From NCBI GenBank assembly GCA_013265495.1, contig MU058796.1, positions 248,001 through 312,000 of the forward strand: 64,000 nt of DNA, written 5' to 3'. Position 1 is the stretch's first letter, and the number at the start of each line of letters is the position of its first letter. Position numbers and translations under genes: made by a program. This DNA is from Vicugna vicugna. Lineage: Eukaryota. Positions 40,150 to 53,293 of this stretch are shown here, piece after piece. Under the pieces are notes generated by a model that made no database searches, had not been told where the DNA came from, and saw nothing but the letters and a program-made list of their open reading frames with translations.

Positions 40150-40410
40150 TAAATAACACAGAGAAAAAAGAGCCCCATGCTCAAGTAAGTTTGGGAAATA
40201 CTTGTAAAACAAAATTAACAAGATGTTTGTGTGTGTATGTGTGTGTGTTTTCCCTAAAATGCCTCTCGGAGCCTTTAATATGTCCATGTGCATTGTGGGT
40301 ATTTGAGGAGAGGTTCATGTAGTCTTACCAATCTAATTTAACCTCTAAATATGTTTTTCTTCATAGCATCTCACAGGGCTGGTATTCCAAGAAGGAGCAT
40401 AAATAACTCT
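40150..40410. mobile_element. hAT-Charlie MITE (MER103-like)
   Basis: 'aagtaagtttgggaaatac...gagcctttaatatgtccatgtgcattgtg'. Confidence 0.55.
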
Positions 40411-41589
40411 GCTAGTTTTCTCCATTGCCTGTTTAAGACTAAGTATTTTTCCGTTTGTTGACTTCCTCTCCATGTACCTATTCTTCATTCTTTTGCCCAA
40501 CTTTCCTTACTCCTGTTTCTCTGTTCTATTCTCTTTTACCTTTCTTTCTTCCCCTGCCTTTATTCTCTCTTCAGAAATTTAAAATAGCTATTAAGTGCCT
40601 GAAATAGTGCCTCCTTGGTCCCAGGCTCTGGTGAAGGCTCTGGTCAAAGCTCTGGGAAGAGACCACCTAAGACCCTGCTCTTGAGAGATTTACTTCGGAC
40701 GGGGGAATGGTGGGGGCAGGTACTAATAAAGAAGTGAACAAGTAAACATGTAAGTGAATTTTATGTACTAATTCTTGTAAACTAAACTGAAGCCCATTTG
40801 GTACATACAAGTCTTGGGTTATTTTTGATAAATAACAGCTACTATACTAGCTTTGAGGTGAATGAGAGTGAGCTACTCTTCCTACGATTTTGCTGTCAGG
40901 TTATAAATGAAAGCAAGACTCATACTGGATTCTACCACTCATAAAGACCTCATTAAATAAAATGGACAGGCAAACAGGCATAACACAGTTAAGAAAACAT
41001 CCTCGGTGGCTTGGTGGAGTGCCACCTCTGTCCTTTTAGGCATTCCCACCAACAGCTTACATGATGGTCCCCTCAAGATGGACGTGACAATATTCCAGAG
41101 TCAGGATTCTGCTACCCTCATGGTCAGCATTAGGCAATCAGAGGTCTTCTAAAGCAATGGCCAGACGTGGGTGATTTCAAGATCAAGATTTGTATTCTGA
41201 TCCTAAGAAGAGAGTTTTTTCTAGTTTTCTAAACCTTGTTCATGTCAGATTTGGGGGTGTTTTTGACATATTCACCTTTAATTTTACCAGTGAGAGTCCA
41301 ATTCTAGTATTCATTGTACCAATTACCGAGGTGCTAATTTCACCAATAAAAATCCACTTTTGACACTCACTGTGCTAATTAGCAAAACATCTTTATCGGA
41401 GATAAAGTTAGCTAAAGTGCTTATCGTAGCCTCCTCTGGAGTGTGGCCCTTTGTGTTAGCTAACAGCCTCCCACCCTCCTCCGGGAGAGAGAATTCTTGA
41501 TTAGATGCTGTCTGCATCTGGGTTGTAACTTCAGCTAACTTATTCTTGGGTCTCAAGTTCCAGTCTAATACATCTCACATGAATCACAG

Positions 41590-42210
41590 TGTGGCTTCTC
41601 CAAAGAACGTCTTGGGGTAGCACGTTCCAGGCAGAGGGGAGAGTAAGTGGCAAAGATTCCGACGCAGCAGTAAGCTTGTGTCAGACATTGTTCAGAATGA
41701 GAGAAGATGAGGTCAGAGGGACAAGGAGAAACTCGAGTGCCAAAGGCCACGTTAAGGAGTTTGGATTTTATTCCAAGTGAAATGGGAATTCCTCGCAGAG
41801 TTTTAAGTAGGAGAGTGACATGGGATTTACATTTTTAAAGAGGTCTCTCTGCTGAGTGAGGAGAATGGATTACAGAGGGGCAAGAGAGGAATCTGTGAGA
41901 CCACTTAGGAGGCTGTTGCAGTTCATAAAAGAGTCAAATTTAACGTGGTATTAGGGAAGATGGAAAGAGGAAGGTGGAGAAGAATGGAAAATTTTAGGAT
42001 ATATTTGGACACAGAGCCAATTGGATTTACTGGTGAATAAGAATTAAGCAGAGTGAGGGTAAAAGGAATCAAGTCCTTCATTTGGGGCTTGTGCAGCTAG
42101 GTGGCTTGTGGTGCCATTTATTAGAATAGGAAGGAGGGAGGGAGAAATGCAGTCTTTGGGGGGGTGGGTGGGGAGCATATCATAGAATGAGATCCTCAAC
42201 ATGAAGATCA
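41590..42210 (-). mobile_element. L2 fragment
   Basis: 'gttccaggcagaggg...aggccacgttaaggagtttggattttattcc...ttttaagtaggagagtgacatg'. Confidence 0.8.
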
Positions 42211-43719
42211 GGATCCACCCGTAAGGCCACAAATTTTAAACCACTGGTTCTCAAGCTGGTTTCTTCCACCAAGCCTAGCATATGTTTCTAAAGTTTGTGT
42301 GAATTGCTAGAGGCATACTAAAGCCATCAGTAGCATTTCGCTATCTATTCCTCTCAGGGGTCTCACAATAAAACATCTAGCCTTCTTAAGAATCTAAAAG
42401 CTTTGTGAAAATGAAATGTAGTTCCATTTCATACAAGACTAGATGCCCCACTGTCACAGTCGTAGGCTACAAGGTGGTTGTTGAGGAACTGAGTATGTCT
42501 TGGCCTTCAGACTCAGAAGATACAAGATCAAATTCTAGTTATGCTCCTGATTCACACCATGACTTTGGACAATCTAGAAGCCTCAGTTCTCTTAGCTATA
42601 AAACAGAAATAATCCATGAAGTAAACACTGAGTAAAATGTGTGAAAAAAATTAAGCTTAGTAAAACTACTGTATGACATTAGCCATTACTTTTATTACTA
42701 TTAAAAAATTCCAAATATCACAGGCCTCATTTGTGAATGTGATAAACACGGAGCTCATTCATTGAGCCTAACGCCTGCAAGGCCCTCACCTTTCAAGTCT
42801 TTGGTATGTTTAAACAACCAATTTTAACAAAAATATATTCTCCTGAGCCTATAAAAAGTGAACCTGGATGGTACATGACATTAGCTCTTAGCTAAAAACC
42901 ATTTAGTCCAGTGATGTAAAAAATTCACTGCAGCAAAATCACTTGCGGAGCTTTCACAAATACTCACCCTAAACCTGCAGAATCAGAATCCCTGTAAGAC
43001 CCAGAAATCAATATTTATCAAATAGTTCCCTGCCGATGCAGCCGGCCCGCAGTCTACCACTTAGGGAGCCGGGCTATAGGTGAGAAAACTGACAGGCAGA
43101 GGAGTAAAGTGACCGACCCACTAGCACAGCTGGGTGGAGAGTCTTCTTCTCCAGTCCAGACCAACATGCCTTCCATCCTCCAGGGCTGGGGTCTGGCTGA
43201 TCCTTCTAGATAAGAAAATCTTGAGAGGCAACAGTAGTAAAAGCCAAGCCTCTTTGATGCCAAAAATAGAACATGGATCTATATGTACAGTTTAACCAAA
43301 AAATAAACAAGTACCATGAGACTAAAGCTGAAAATGAGTCAGAATGGGCTCAAGCAAAGTAGATCAACAGGCTTAACAAAAATTAGGCAGAGAGTATACA
43401 TTTATGCATATACTTGGTGTCTCCCATGTATTTGAGCGGAAGTTCATTGGCAATTGTTTGTTGTAGAATCCTATTTTGTGCCTATTTTCTGTAAGATGAG
43501 AATGCAAAGTGATGTACAAAAAAAGAGAGGGCTTTGGGAACGTATCTATATAATCTTGAAAGTATTTCTCAACCCTCTAAGCCTTGGGTTCTCCAGTATA
43601 AACTAAAAGTGATTTTATCCATTCTGCAGTGTTCTGTGGTTAATGCTTACAAAAATACATGTAAATTGACTAGCACATAATTAGCCTTCATTAAAAATTA
43701 ATTATCCTCGTTGTTGTTA

Positions 43720-44500
43720 TTCAGCTGTGTGTACCATGTGAGGTACTATCAGTGCTAGGTGGTCAAGACAAAGTCCCTATCCTCAAGAAATTCATACAAG
43801 TAGAGGAGACAGACAGGGAAGCACATCACTATAATGATATCGTTTTAAAAGTATGGACTCTGGAAGCAGTTTGAGTCCCAGGTCTGCCACTTACTGGCTG
43901 TGTAATCTTGGGCAAGTTACTTAACCTAATATGAAATTTCCTTATATATAGAATTCAGGTCATACTTGCCTCCTAACACTGTTGTGATAATTATAAACAC
44001 CACATGAAAATACATAGCACAGAGTCTGGAACATAATTAAGTGCTCAGTAAATCTAGCTATTATCATTGTCAACTTGTTATGTTAGAAGTGGGCAGTGGG
44101 TAGATGGCAGTACCAAGGAAAGCACCAAAACAAACTCAGGGGTGGGAGTGGTTTCTGTGCACGAAAGCCTGTGATGGAGGCAAGGCCAGAGCTGAATCTT
44201 GGAGGTCATGTGGAGATAACCTAGAAAAGAGAAAGGAGTTGAGCAGATGGTACAGTTAGTAGAAAGGTGGGATCAAATCAGGGAGCTACAAATTATTCCA
44301 CCTGGATGCAATGAGGAGCCCAGAGCAGAGAGGCGTGTGAAAGAGGCTGAGAAGATGAACAAAAATAGAGAAGGAAGGGTCTCCTTCAGGGCTAAGGAGC
44401 TTAGACTACATCCTGTAAGAAACTCAGAACCTTTCAGAGATTTTAAGCAGGGAAGTGACATGATCAGATTTGTGGTTTTAAAAGATAAGAATAAACAGTA
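43720..44500 (-). mobile_element. L2 fragment interrupted by a plus-strand MIR (about 43845-44065)
   Basis: L2 'gctaaggagcttagactacatcctgta...ttttaagcagggaagtgacatgatcagattt'. MIR 'ctgccacttactggctgtgtaatcttgggcaagttacttaacct'. Confidence 0.75.
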
Positions 44501-44559
44501 TAATCTAGGAATAAAAAGGCTAAGAGTGGGGAGGGGTTAGCACGTATAAATGTGAGCAG

Positions 44560-44900
44560 TGCCTCTGAACATTTTCTGAGCTTAATGACTTTTAAAACAA
44601 TTTCCATTGCTGATTTAAGATACTTTGCACAGATGTGAAAGCGCATTTTTTTTTCCTGACGGAATCTCATTTCTGTTCTAAATTCTTTATATCCTTTTGT
44701 TTGCCGTCATTTGTATTTACACCACCTGTCAATTTAGTATAATCTGTGATTTTAATGTGTTTTCTCCCTCTTCCAGATCATTATTAAATGCGCTAAATAA
44801 AGCCAGACCCATCACTGCCTCTGGCACTTCCCTCCCTGAACGCTTCCACCTAGTTCAATATGCTGATTGTTATTGGCATAATACCTCTAAACTCCTTGAA
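44560..44900 (-). mobile_element. Ancient CR1/L3 LINE RT remnant
   Basis: Minus-strand translation IKITDYTKLTG aligns to CR1 (I/S)KFADDTKLGG. 'tccagatcattattaaatgcgctaaata' matches the adjacent FINDL-region pattern. Confidence 0.55.
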
Positions 44901-45068
44901 ACTTACTTAGTACACTCTAGTCTTTATCTGCGAACAAGATAAATAGACAAGTGCTTTCTCTTTAACTAGGCAAGACTGGGGTGCTCTGATTTATCCCTGT
45001 GAGCTCTGGCCATCTTGATTTAATCCCAAACAAGGGCATACATAGGGAGTCCACAAAAGATGTTACTT

Positions 45069-45558
45069 CTATTTTTTTTACATTTTTTTTATTAAGTTAC
45101 AGTCATTTTACAATGTTGTGTCAAATTCCAGTGTAGGGCACAATTTTCAAGTTACACATGAACATACATGTATTCATTGTCACTTTTTTTTTTTTTGCTG
45201 TGAGCTACCACAAGATCCTGTATATATTTCCCTGTGCTATACAGTATAATCTTGTTTATCTATTCTACATATGCCTGTCAGTATCTACAAATTTTGAAAT
45301 CCTAGTCTGTCCCTTCCCACCCCCGCCCCCTTGGCAACCACAAGTTTGTATTCTATGTCTATGAGTCTGTGTCTGTTTTGTATTTATGTTTTTTTTAGAT
45401 TCCACATATGAGCAATCTCATGTGCTATTTTTCTTTCTCTTTCTGGCTTACTTCACTTAGAATGACATTCTCCAGAGACATCCATGTTGCTGCAAATGGC
45501 GTTATGTTTTTGCTTTTATGGCTGAATAGTATTCCACTATATAAATATACCACATCTT
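45069..45558 (-). mobile_element. 5'-truncated young L1 3' end with perfect 16-bp TSD
   Basis: T-rich tail then 'ttctctttctggcttacttcacttagaatgaca...tccatgttgctgcaaatggc'. TSD acaaaagatgttactt at 45053-45068 and 45559-45574. Confidence 0.92.
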
Positions 45559-45647
45559 ACAAAAGATGTTACTTGATGAGGTACATCCAAATCAGTGGAT
45601 TCTTGCTTAGTGTGCTCTTCAATACAGAGCTTTCAATAGTTAGACTT

Positions 45648-45926
45648 AATCTCTGGACTACTGAGGAGAGACTTGGCTTCTCTATAAAGAAAAGATTTTG
45701 ATGCCATGAAATCTGCCTTCAGAAGCCTATCTCCCCACACCTACCTCACACACACACTCCCCAGTCACTATACTATGGAATGATTAGACTTAATCTCTCC
45801 ATTCTATAGTACAGTGACTGGGGAGTGGTGGTGGGGGCAGTGGAGACAGGCTTCTGAAAGCAGATTTCATGGCATCAAAATCTTTTCTTTATGGAGAAGC
45901 CAAGTCTCCCCAGTAGTCCAGAGATT
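45648..45926. repeat. Long near-perfect inverted repeat (fold-back palindrome)
   Basis: Outer arms 45648-45734 / 45842-45926 include a 33-bp perfect run. Inner arms 45756-45782 / 45800-45826 enclose a 17-nt loop. Confidence 0.95.
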
Positions 45927-48900
45927 CTTCATGTAAATCTGGGAATGCATAAATTAGTCACAGACGTCTTCTTAAGCATTCAGGTCACCCCTGCCTCTCC
46001 ATCTTGCAACTCCATCTCCAGTTCTACCCTAGATTCCAGTTCTTCAGGAAGTCAAGCCAGAGCACGTGGGCACACTGGACTGACATGTCTAAGGGAAGAG
46101 GAGAGGCTGTTCCCATTGCAGGAGGCAACTCTAAAAACAGATATCAATAAATCATAAAGCAGTAACCACACAAAACCTTACCTTGGCTCTTAGTTTTGCC
46201 TTTCCGTTCATCCTTTCAATAAACATTTTTTGAGGCCCCATCAAAGTGTTTGGCTCTCTAGGGACCACAAATCATTGAAAAATCAACATTGAAAAATGAA
46301 GAATGAATGGTATCTCTTCAGGAAGCTAAAATCCAGTTGGAAGGAATGACTAGGGGAAAGTAATCCAGAGCTTATATTTCCTTGCACTTCACTTTTTCCC
46401 ATATCCAAAAATGGCATCTCACAGAGCGGTTCTACTGTAAACATGCCTTCACCTGATTCAGTTGGGAGTTTCAAAGCAGACAGCCTCAGATTGCATATTC
46501 CAGTCATTCCACCATACCCATGCCTCGTCTCCCATCATACCCATCCCTCACACTCCCCCACTTCCACCCAGTGTCAAAACCCGAAACAGAGTCAGCACTG
46601 TTCACTGGTGCCACGGTCACCTACAGAGGCATCCCTTAGAAGGCTTGGAGTCTGGGTATCTCATCTGGTGCAAGCCAACCCCAAATCACCGATTATAAGA
46701 GGACGCTTCAGTGCTGACAGCCTCTGCAGGCTCCGACAGAAACTTCTGAAACTGAGTTTTAATGAAGTTTAGAAAGAAGAATAAGGTATGATGCTCCCCT
46801 ACCCTCTCCTTTCCATCAGACAACAGGATCCAGGGAAGCTGCTTCAGTTGCTCCAAACAACAGTTAGGTCCAATTGTCTAAACACATCTGCTATATTTGG
46901 AATTTTGCAAAGTCTGGCAACTTCTGGTCACTGGTTGCCTTTTTGGGTTCAGTTTTTCATTCCAGGTCCTATCCCTTCACATTCAACTCTGTGAGGGTAG
47001 AGTTTTCAGAGAAATTGTTCTTTTCTGGTTGTTCACTCCTTAAGGCCAATTTGGCTCAAGTGCTCTATTTTATTAAGCTGCTAATTCCAGGTCTTCAGCT
47101 CTGTGAGCTCTTTCACCTTCTATGTGAGGCCACCTACTCATTAGTATCCAATGTCTGTTTTCAAAAAAGTCAGGCACTACCTTCCGTGGGCAAGTTCACG
47201 GAACATCTGTCTGTGTGACTGTCGGAAACATAGCAGGCGGCACCGCTCACAGGTGTCCTCCACTTGCGTTATCTATTGCAACTGTCCCAGATTGCCAGCA
47301 GAGCAGCTTTCTTTTCTGGCTTTTGGTAACAGTCCTAGTTTTTCATTTCCCATTTTGCTTTTGAGTACTTGATCTCCATCTGGGATCTGAACAACCATGG
47401 ATTTACAATTATGTCATTGATATGGGGCACACAATCCACACAAAGAACCTTTTCCTTTTTAAGGAAGAAAAAAAATTTTGGCTTCTTAGTTGTACAAGGA
47501 AGGCAGCAGAGCTCAGATGTTTTGTCAATGTTTCTTTAAATGGCGTTTTTCACTGCAAGCACCATTCCTGTAGCATAATCTAAAAAATTCCCCTTGGAGT
47601 TACCTCCACAAACAAACACACTTCAGTAAGTAGCCCTTTGCCAGGGTCACTGGAACTAAAATGAACAACAAAAAAATTCCACCCACTCTTACTTCTGATG
47701 GTGACCTAATGTTACCCTTGAAATATGGAAGGAGCAACACCCCAGGGCATAACCTTGGTTGGTTATGAACCTTCCACTTGGTATAGTCCTTTTATTTTCA
47801 ATTGCTGAATTTTTACAGCTACATAACAAAAAGCTTTATTGTTAAAAGCCATGTTGCTAGTTTTCACTTCCAGCTATAAGGAGTGTATCTAGTGTCTTTG
47901 CAGCATAGAGACGAGGACAGTAAAAGAGCATTAAACAGATATATTAAGTGATTTATTTTTGTCATTGGTAGTTTGGATTATGGCACTTGACATGTAGACA
48001 TTTGACTATATCAAACCATCTAGAAACAAAGCTTAAATAATAAAGTTTTAGGAGAAAATCAGTTCTTGGTCACCATATAACAGTCTTATGGATCCTTTGC
48101 CCAGGAATCCCTTGCCATCACTCATAATACACTGTTCCCAGTCCACTCAGAGGCTACTGTCTCAGCAAGACTGACTATTACAAGGGAAAGAACAGAAAGT
48201 TTCCATGTAATGTCACCAATTTTTTTTTTTCATTCTGAGAATCTGTCCCCAGGCACCAGCACAGTTTTAAAAGTAGAAAGGTGACCATATTTTTATGACT
48301 TTTTTTCCCCTTGGTCTGAGGTTGGAGCACAAGAACAAAATAGCTCTTTTTGTTCATTGTACCAAGAAATTCCCTCCTGGATCTGTCAGGTGTGACTGTT
48401 CACCTAGCAAATAGCTTGGACATATCCAGACATAAACACCGTATGAATAAAACATGTTGCAATTGTTGAATATAGTTACGTTTTTACAAAGACAAGGCGT
48501 TCTGCTCTACACTATCTGTAGTTCACAGTAATCATTCCCAACTGCGACACTTTATCTTATTAACTGAATAAAAATACTTTTAATTATCTCAGTTAACTTT
48601 GTTTATTGTGACAGTCTATGCATCATTAATTTGGAGAAGTTTTTTTTTAACTGTTACTGTAACATAATGGCATGTCTAAGTTGAGCTCTGCATTAGTCTT
48701 TTAGAAAAGGTTGAACATTTGGTTTCCATATTTCAACGTAGACATTTACTTATATATATATATTTTCTTTTTCCTGTAAACTTTAAATGAAGTCATTTAA
48801 AAGAAAGGCTTGGGGGAAAGAATCATAAATTAGTCATATCTTAATGATTTACTGAAAATCAGAAGTCTCACAAAATAAGCAATTCTGTCCAATCTCCTTT

Positions 48901-49602
48901 CTTCTTTTTTTTTTTCTCTACCATGTCTAAAGAGACTGTAATCCCTAAAATAAAATTAATCTAGACTACACCATGATGTGTAGGCTGAGATCAGCACCTT
49001 GATTTTCTTCCACAGGCTAAAGCAGCAGCCCAAGCACATCACCATTTATGAGTCAATTGCCAAAGCCCAGCACCGTAGTGGGTTTTTTTTTTTAAATGTC
49101 TGCCTTCAAACCACCTGCAGTGCCTTTAGTACCTCATTGCCCTGGGCACTGACCCAGTGGAGATTTCCCTATTCACCAACAATCTAAAGCAATTTGCACT
49201 TATTGACACCATAGCAACTAATTGGTCTTCATGACCTGCAAACTTTCAGGAAGGTCAATTTAAACCACCTTTGTTGTGTCAGGGATCAATGTGAAATTCC
49301 TTAAATCAGATGCACTTCTGCTCTCTAATCCCAGTGGAAAGTTGTCTGAAGTTTTCTTAGTTGCCTCAATGAGAAGGCATCAGACTTATCCAGTCTGAGG
49401 TTTAAAGATTGGTATACCATGATTTTGTGATCCCTTTGACAGGACTAAATAAAATATATCAATATATCTTCTAGAAATATCATTAAATTATATTGAATGC
49501 TTTCTATAAATTATGTCTGGAGCTAGGTGAGAGGTATGTACATATGTGTGTGTTGTGTTTTGCTTTGCATTTAATCATAATAAGACCAGATTAAACCAGG
49601 GA

Positions 49603-49862
49603 AGCAGTGTATGAAGTAGTTAAGGGAACTGACTCGACTCTAGAGTCAGACTGTCTGGTTCAAATTCCTCTTACATGGTTAGCAAGTTTGTGACCTTAAG
49701 CAAGTTATGTAACCTCTCTGTGTCTTAGTTTCCTTATCTGAAAAAAAAAGAGGATAACATAGGATTGTTTGGGAGATTTAACAAATAAATACGTATAACA
49801 TACTGAGAACTTTACCAGGTACATAATTCTTAATATTAAACATTAGTTGTTACTATTATTAT
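49603..49862 (+). mobile_element. MIR SINE (near full length)
   Basis: 'gactctagagtcagactgtctggttcaaattcc...tgtgaccttaagcaagttatgtaacctctctgtgtcttagtttccttatctg'. Confidence 0.85.
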
Positions 49863-51647
49863 CCTTGTCCTGTACTGTAGGATTCAGAGGTCAAGGTCTG
49901 AAAGAGGTAGAGCCAGATTCTGAGACTAGAAATGTTTTGCACTATGCAAGTAACTCCCAGCCAGTTGCATAAGCACTGTTTTGGTGGGTATAGGAAATAA
50001 CTATAGGTGGTACATGGACAATACTTTGTTTTAATATTATTTTCATGCAAAATTGTAAAGTGTATAAGTAGCACATGAAGTACATAGTTTCATGGATCCT
50101 ATTGCTTAGGTTGAAGTCAAGAAAGATTTGATTTGAAGAAGAATGTTTTGTAGATTGTAGTATAAGAAATACACAAGCATGGCAAAAAAATTAAGTAGTT
50201 TGTACATGAATATCTAAAGTTTGGGGACATCCCACTATAATATACTGCCTTCCTAGTTTATTTTCCTCTGAAACAATGATTTTCTAAATCCAAGTTAAGT
50301 ACTGCTATGAAGTACCTGTGCTCCATCTGTATTTTCTGAGTTTAACCAATTAATGGAAATAAATTATATACTTGTGATATACCCAGACATCTGTTTTATA
50401 TTAATGAGGTAAGAAGTCTGTCCTTTCTCCATTGTCTGGCACCCATGAGGTGAAGCAGGCCCCATCCTTAAGGACCTGTGCCCAGTGCAGGAGGCAGAGG
50501 GTCTCAGGCTTGGGAAGGAGGAAGGTGTGGATGTATGTGCACACATGCATGCCTTTATTTCTTTTTGCCATGGGGACAGTTGAATTTGGAGCATTTTTCT
50601 ACAAAAAACAGCCTTCTCTCTACCCAGCAAGAATTGGCTATAACCTTAAGTTCATGAAAGTCACTTCCAGCCTGCAGAGAACCTCACCAAGACAGCTGTG
50701 GCCAAGGTGGGAAGTGGACATGAAAATAAATACCTCCCCAAATTCAACCTGAGCCCCAGCAGGAGAGAATGGTAGGGTTGCCACGGCTCAGAAATGCAAA
50801 CTGATTCCCCACACCACCTGCTTTGTCTTGTCTTGTCTTTTTCTCCTTGGGTGAATACTGGAGCAGCAATGGCTCCCTCCTCCACCTGGACGGTGGTGTG
50901 TAACAAGCAAGCTAGGTGAGTTTGTGGTGGGGCCTCATGGCGCCTGGGAGGAGATGAAGATGAGGAGGTTTCTTCTTACTTATAAATGAATAGTTGTGTG
51001 ATTAAATCAACACCCTCCCCCCACCTCCACCAAAAAAAAAAAAGAAGAAGAAGAGGAACTTTGTCCTTGAGTAGGAACAAATTCATTGAGGAGAAAAATC
51101 CAGGATATGAAAGAGAACTCAAAAACTCACTAACCTGTGTGGTAGTGTTTGTAAGTAGGTATTCAAATATGTAAGTTCAGGGCCATGAGAAATTAGGGCA
51201 CACTGGAGTAATCAGAAGAGGCTTCACTTGAATGTGGAAGCAGAGCAGGGCTTGTATAGGCTTTAAAATCTGTGAATGGACAGCAAAAAGCCTTCCACAT
51301 GTTAGGAAGTACTGAGAAGCTCATCAGAATCAACAATGGAACTTTGAAAAAAACGGAAATACCAAGGTTGTACTCCTGACTTTTACATCAGAATCTCCAA
51401 AGAAATGAGGCAGGGTACTGTATCTTTTTGTCCTATAACTTGGTGATTTTGTCATAGGCATAGCCATGTCCTTTGTGGGCATTCCTGCTTTCTGAAGGCC
51501 AGAGAGCTTTCCTCCCTTTTGCCATCTAGCTGAGTACTGCTACCTGAAAAGGCCTGAGGAGGGAGGCAACTGGGCTTTGGGGCAAAGTCCATCTTTCCTG
51601 CTCTTTCTCTGTCTATTTCTTGGAGACTTCTCAGTGTGCTTTGATCT

Positions 51648-52226
51648 GTGTAGTAAGCAGAATTCGAAGATGGTCCCATGACCTCCATGCCCTGATTTTA
51701 TGACCCATCCCTGCCCTTTTGGTGTGAGAAGGAATCTGACAAGCAACTAGCCAATAGAATATGTAAACTTGATGGCATGCCACTCCTATCTAAGATTCTG
51801 TTTTAGCAAACTGGAAGAAGATTTTCTTGCTAGACTTGAAGAAGCAAACAGCTGTGGTATGAACTCCCTACAGAGAGAGCCGTGTGGCAGGGAACTGCAG
51901 GTGGCATCTAAGGCCTGGGGGTACCAAGCTAACAACTAGTGAGAAGCCAGGGCCCTCAATCATACAGCTGCAAGGAAGTGAATTTTTCCAACAACCTAAA
52001 TGGTAGCTTAGAAGGGGATTCTTTTCTTGTCAAGCCTCCAGATGAGAATACAACCTAGCCGACAGACATTATTGCCTTGTGAGACACTAGGAAGAGGACC
52101 CCAGTAAGCCATACCTGGACTCTTAATCTGCAGATAATCTACAGACATGGGAGATAACAGATGTCTGTACTGTTTTAATCCCCAAAGTTTCCAGTAATTT
52201 TTATGCAGCAACAGGAAATTAATAAT
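51648..52226 (+). mobile_element. MaLR solo LTR (MLT1F/G-like)
   Basis: 'tgtagtaagcagaattcgaagatgg...gtggcagggaactgcaggtggcatcta...gtcaagcctccagatgagaa...atgcagcaacaggaaattaata'. Confidence 0.8.
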
Positions 52227-52898
52227 CTCACTTTAGCCTAAACAAATGGAGGGACAGAATAACACTGGCATCAGGATCAACGACACAGCCTGACTCCCTC
52301 ACTTCTGCCTCTGCAACTAGTTGTAGTTTATCATGCGTTTACATTTTCCCTTGGTGGCTCACAAGAATGAGTGGTTCCAACATAAGGCAAAATCCTCTCC
52401 CTCTTCAAGTATCATTTTAAGCCCCATTACATTCCCAATATGCAAGTTAATCTTAAAAATAGAGGAGCCCAAGTTTAGATAGATAAAAATTTTTAGTGAT
52501 AACTGTTTTCTCCTTATGACAGAACTAATAATATGCTCATAGCAAGAGGTAGATGAGAGTAGTCATCTAAAACCACAGCATGAAAAACATCCACTGTTAA
52601 TATTGTCCAATAACCCACTGATCTTTTTATACACATGTATACTCAAAATATGGCCCTATGTATCCTTTAGAACCAGCATTTTTGAATTAACAATTTCCAT
52701 ACATTTTTCTAAGTTATTCAGTGATATCTGATATCAGTTAGTTTTATAATGTTTCTTGTATAATATCCTATTCCACATTTTTTATTTAATTCATTTAGTC
52801 AATCTGGATAAAACTAGAATTTGAAGGGACTTTAAAAATTTCCAACAAGTTGGGCGTTGGGATTTATTAAATGAGTATCAGTTTTGCTCTGAACCACA

Positions 52899-53067
52899 TC
52901 AGGGTTGCCAAACTTTGATGAGCATCACCTGGTGATCTCATTAAAGTTCAGATTCTAATTCAGAATTAGAATCAGACCTGGGACAGGGTCAAAATTCTTA
53001 CTTCTACCAAGCTTATAGGGGTAGATGCTCCTGTTCCTTGGACCACATTTTGAGTAGCAAGGAACTG
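52899..53067. mobile_element. MER5A-like MITE
   Basis: 'catcacctggtgatctcattaaagttcagattct...ggaccacattttgagtagca'. Confidence 0.65.
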
Positions 53068-53293
53068 TATAAGAGAGACTAGAATCAACAAAACTAACTT
53101 GGAATTAAAGGTTTGACCCAGGGCAGATGCAGTGGTAATGGACAGTAAGGGAAACTGAAGAGTTAAAATCATCTATTTCCTAACCCAAAACACTTTAAAA
53201 TTAGTGATACTATTGACAGAAATGAAGCCAACTTCAAAAAACTCTGATGAGGTTGATTTTAGCTGTCTTGATTTTGATGTAAGAGTTGGTTAC

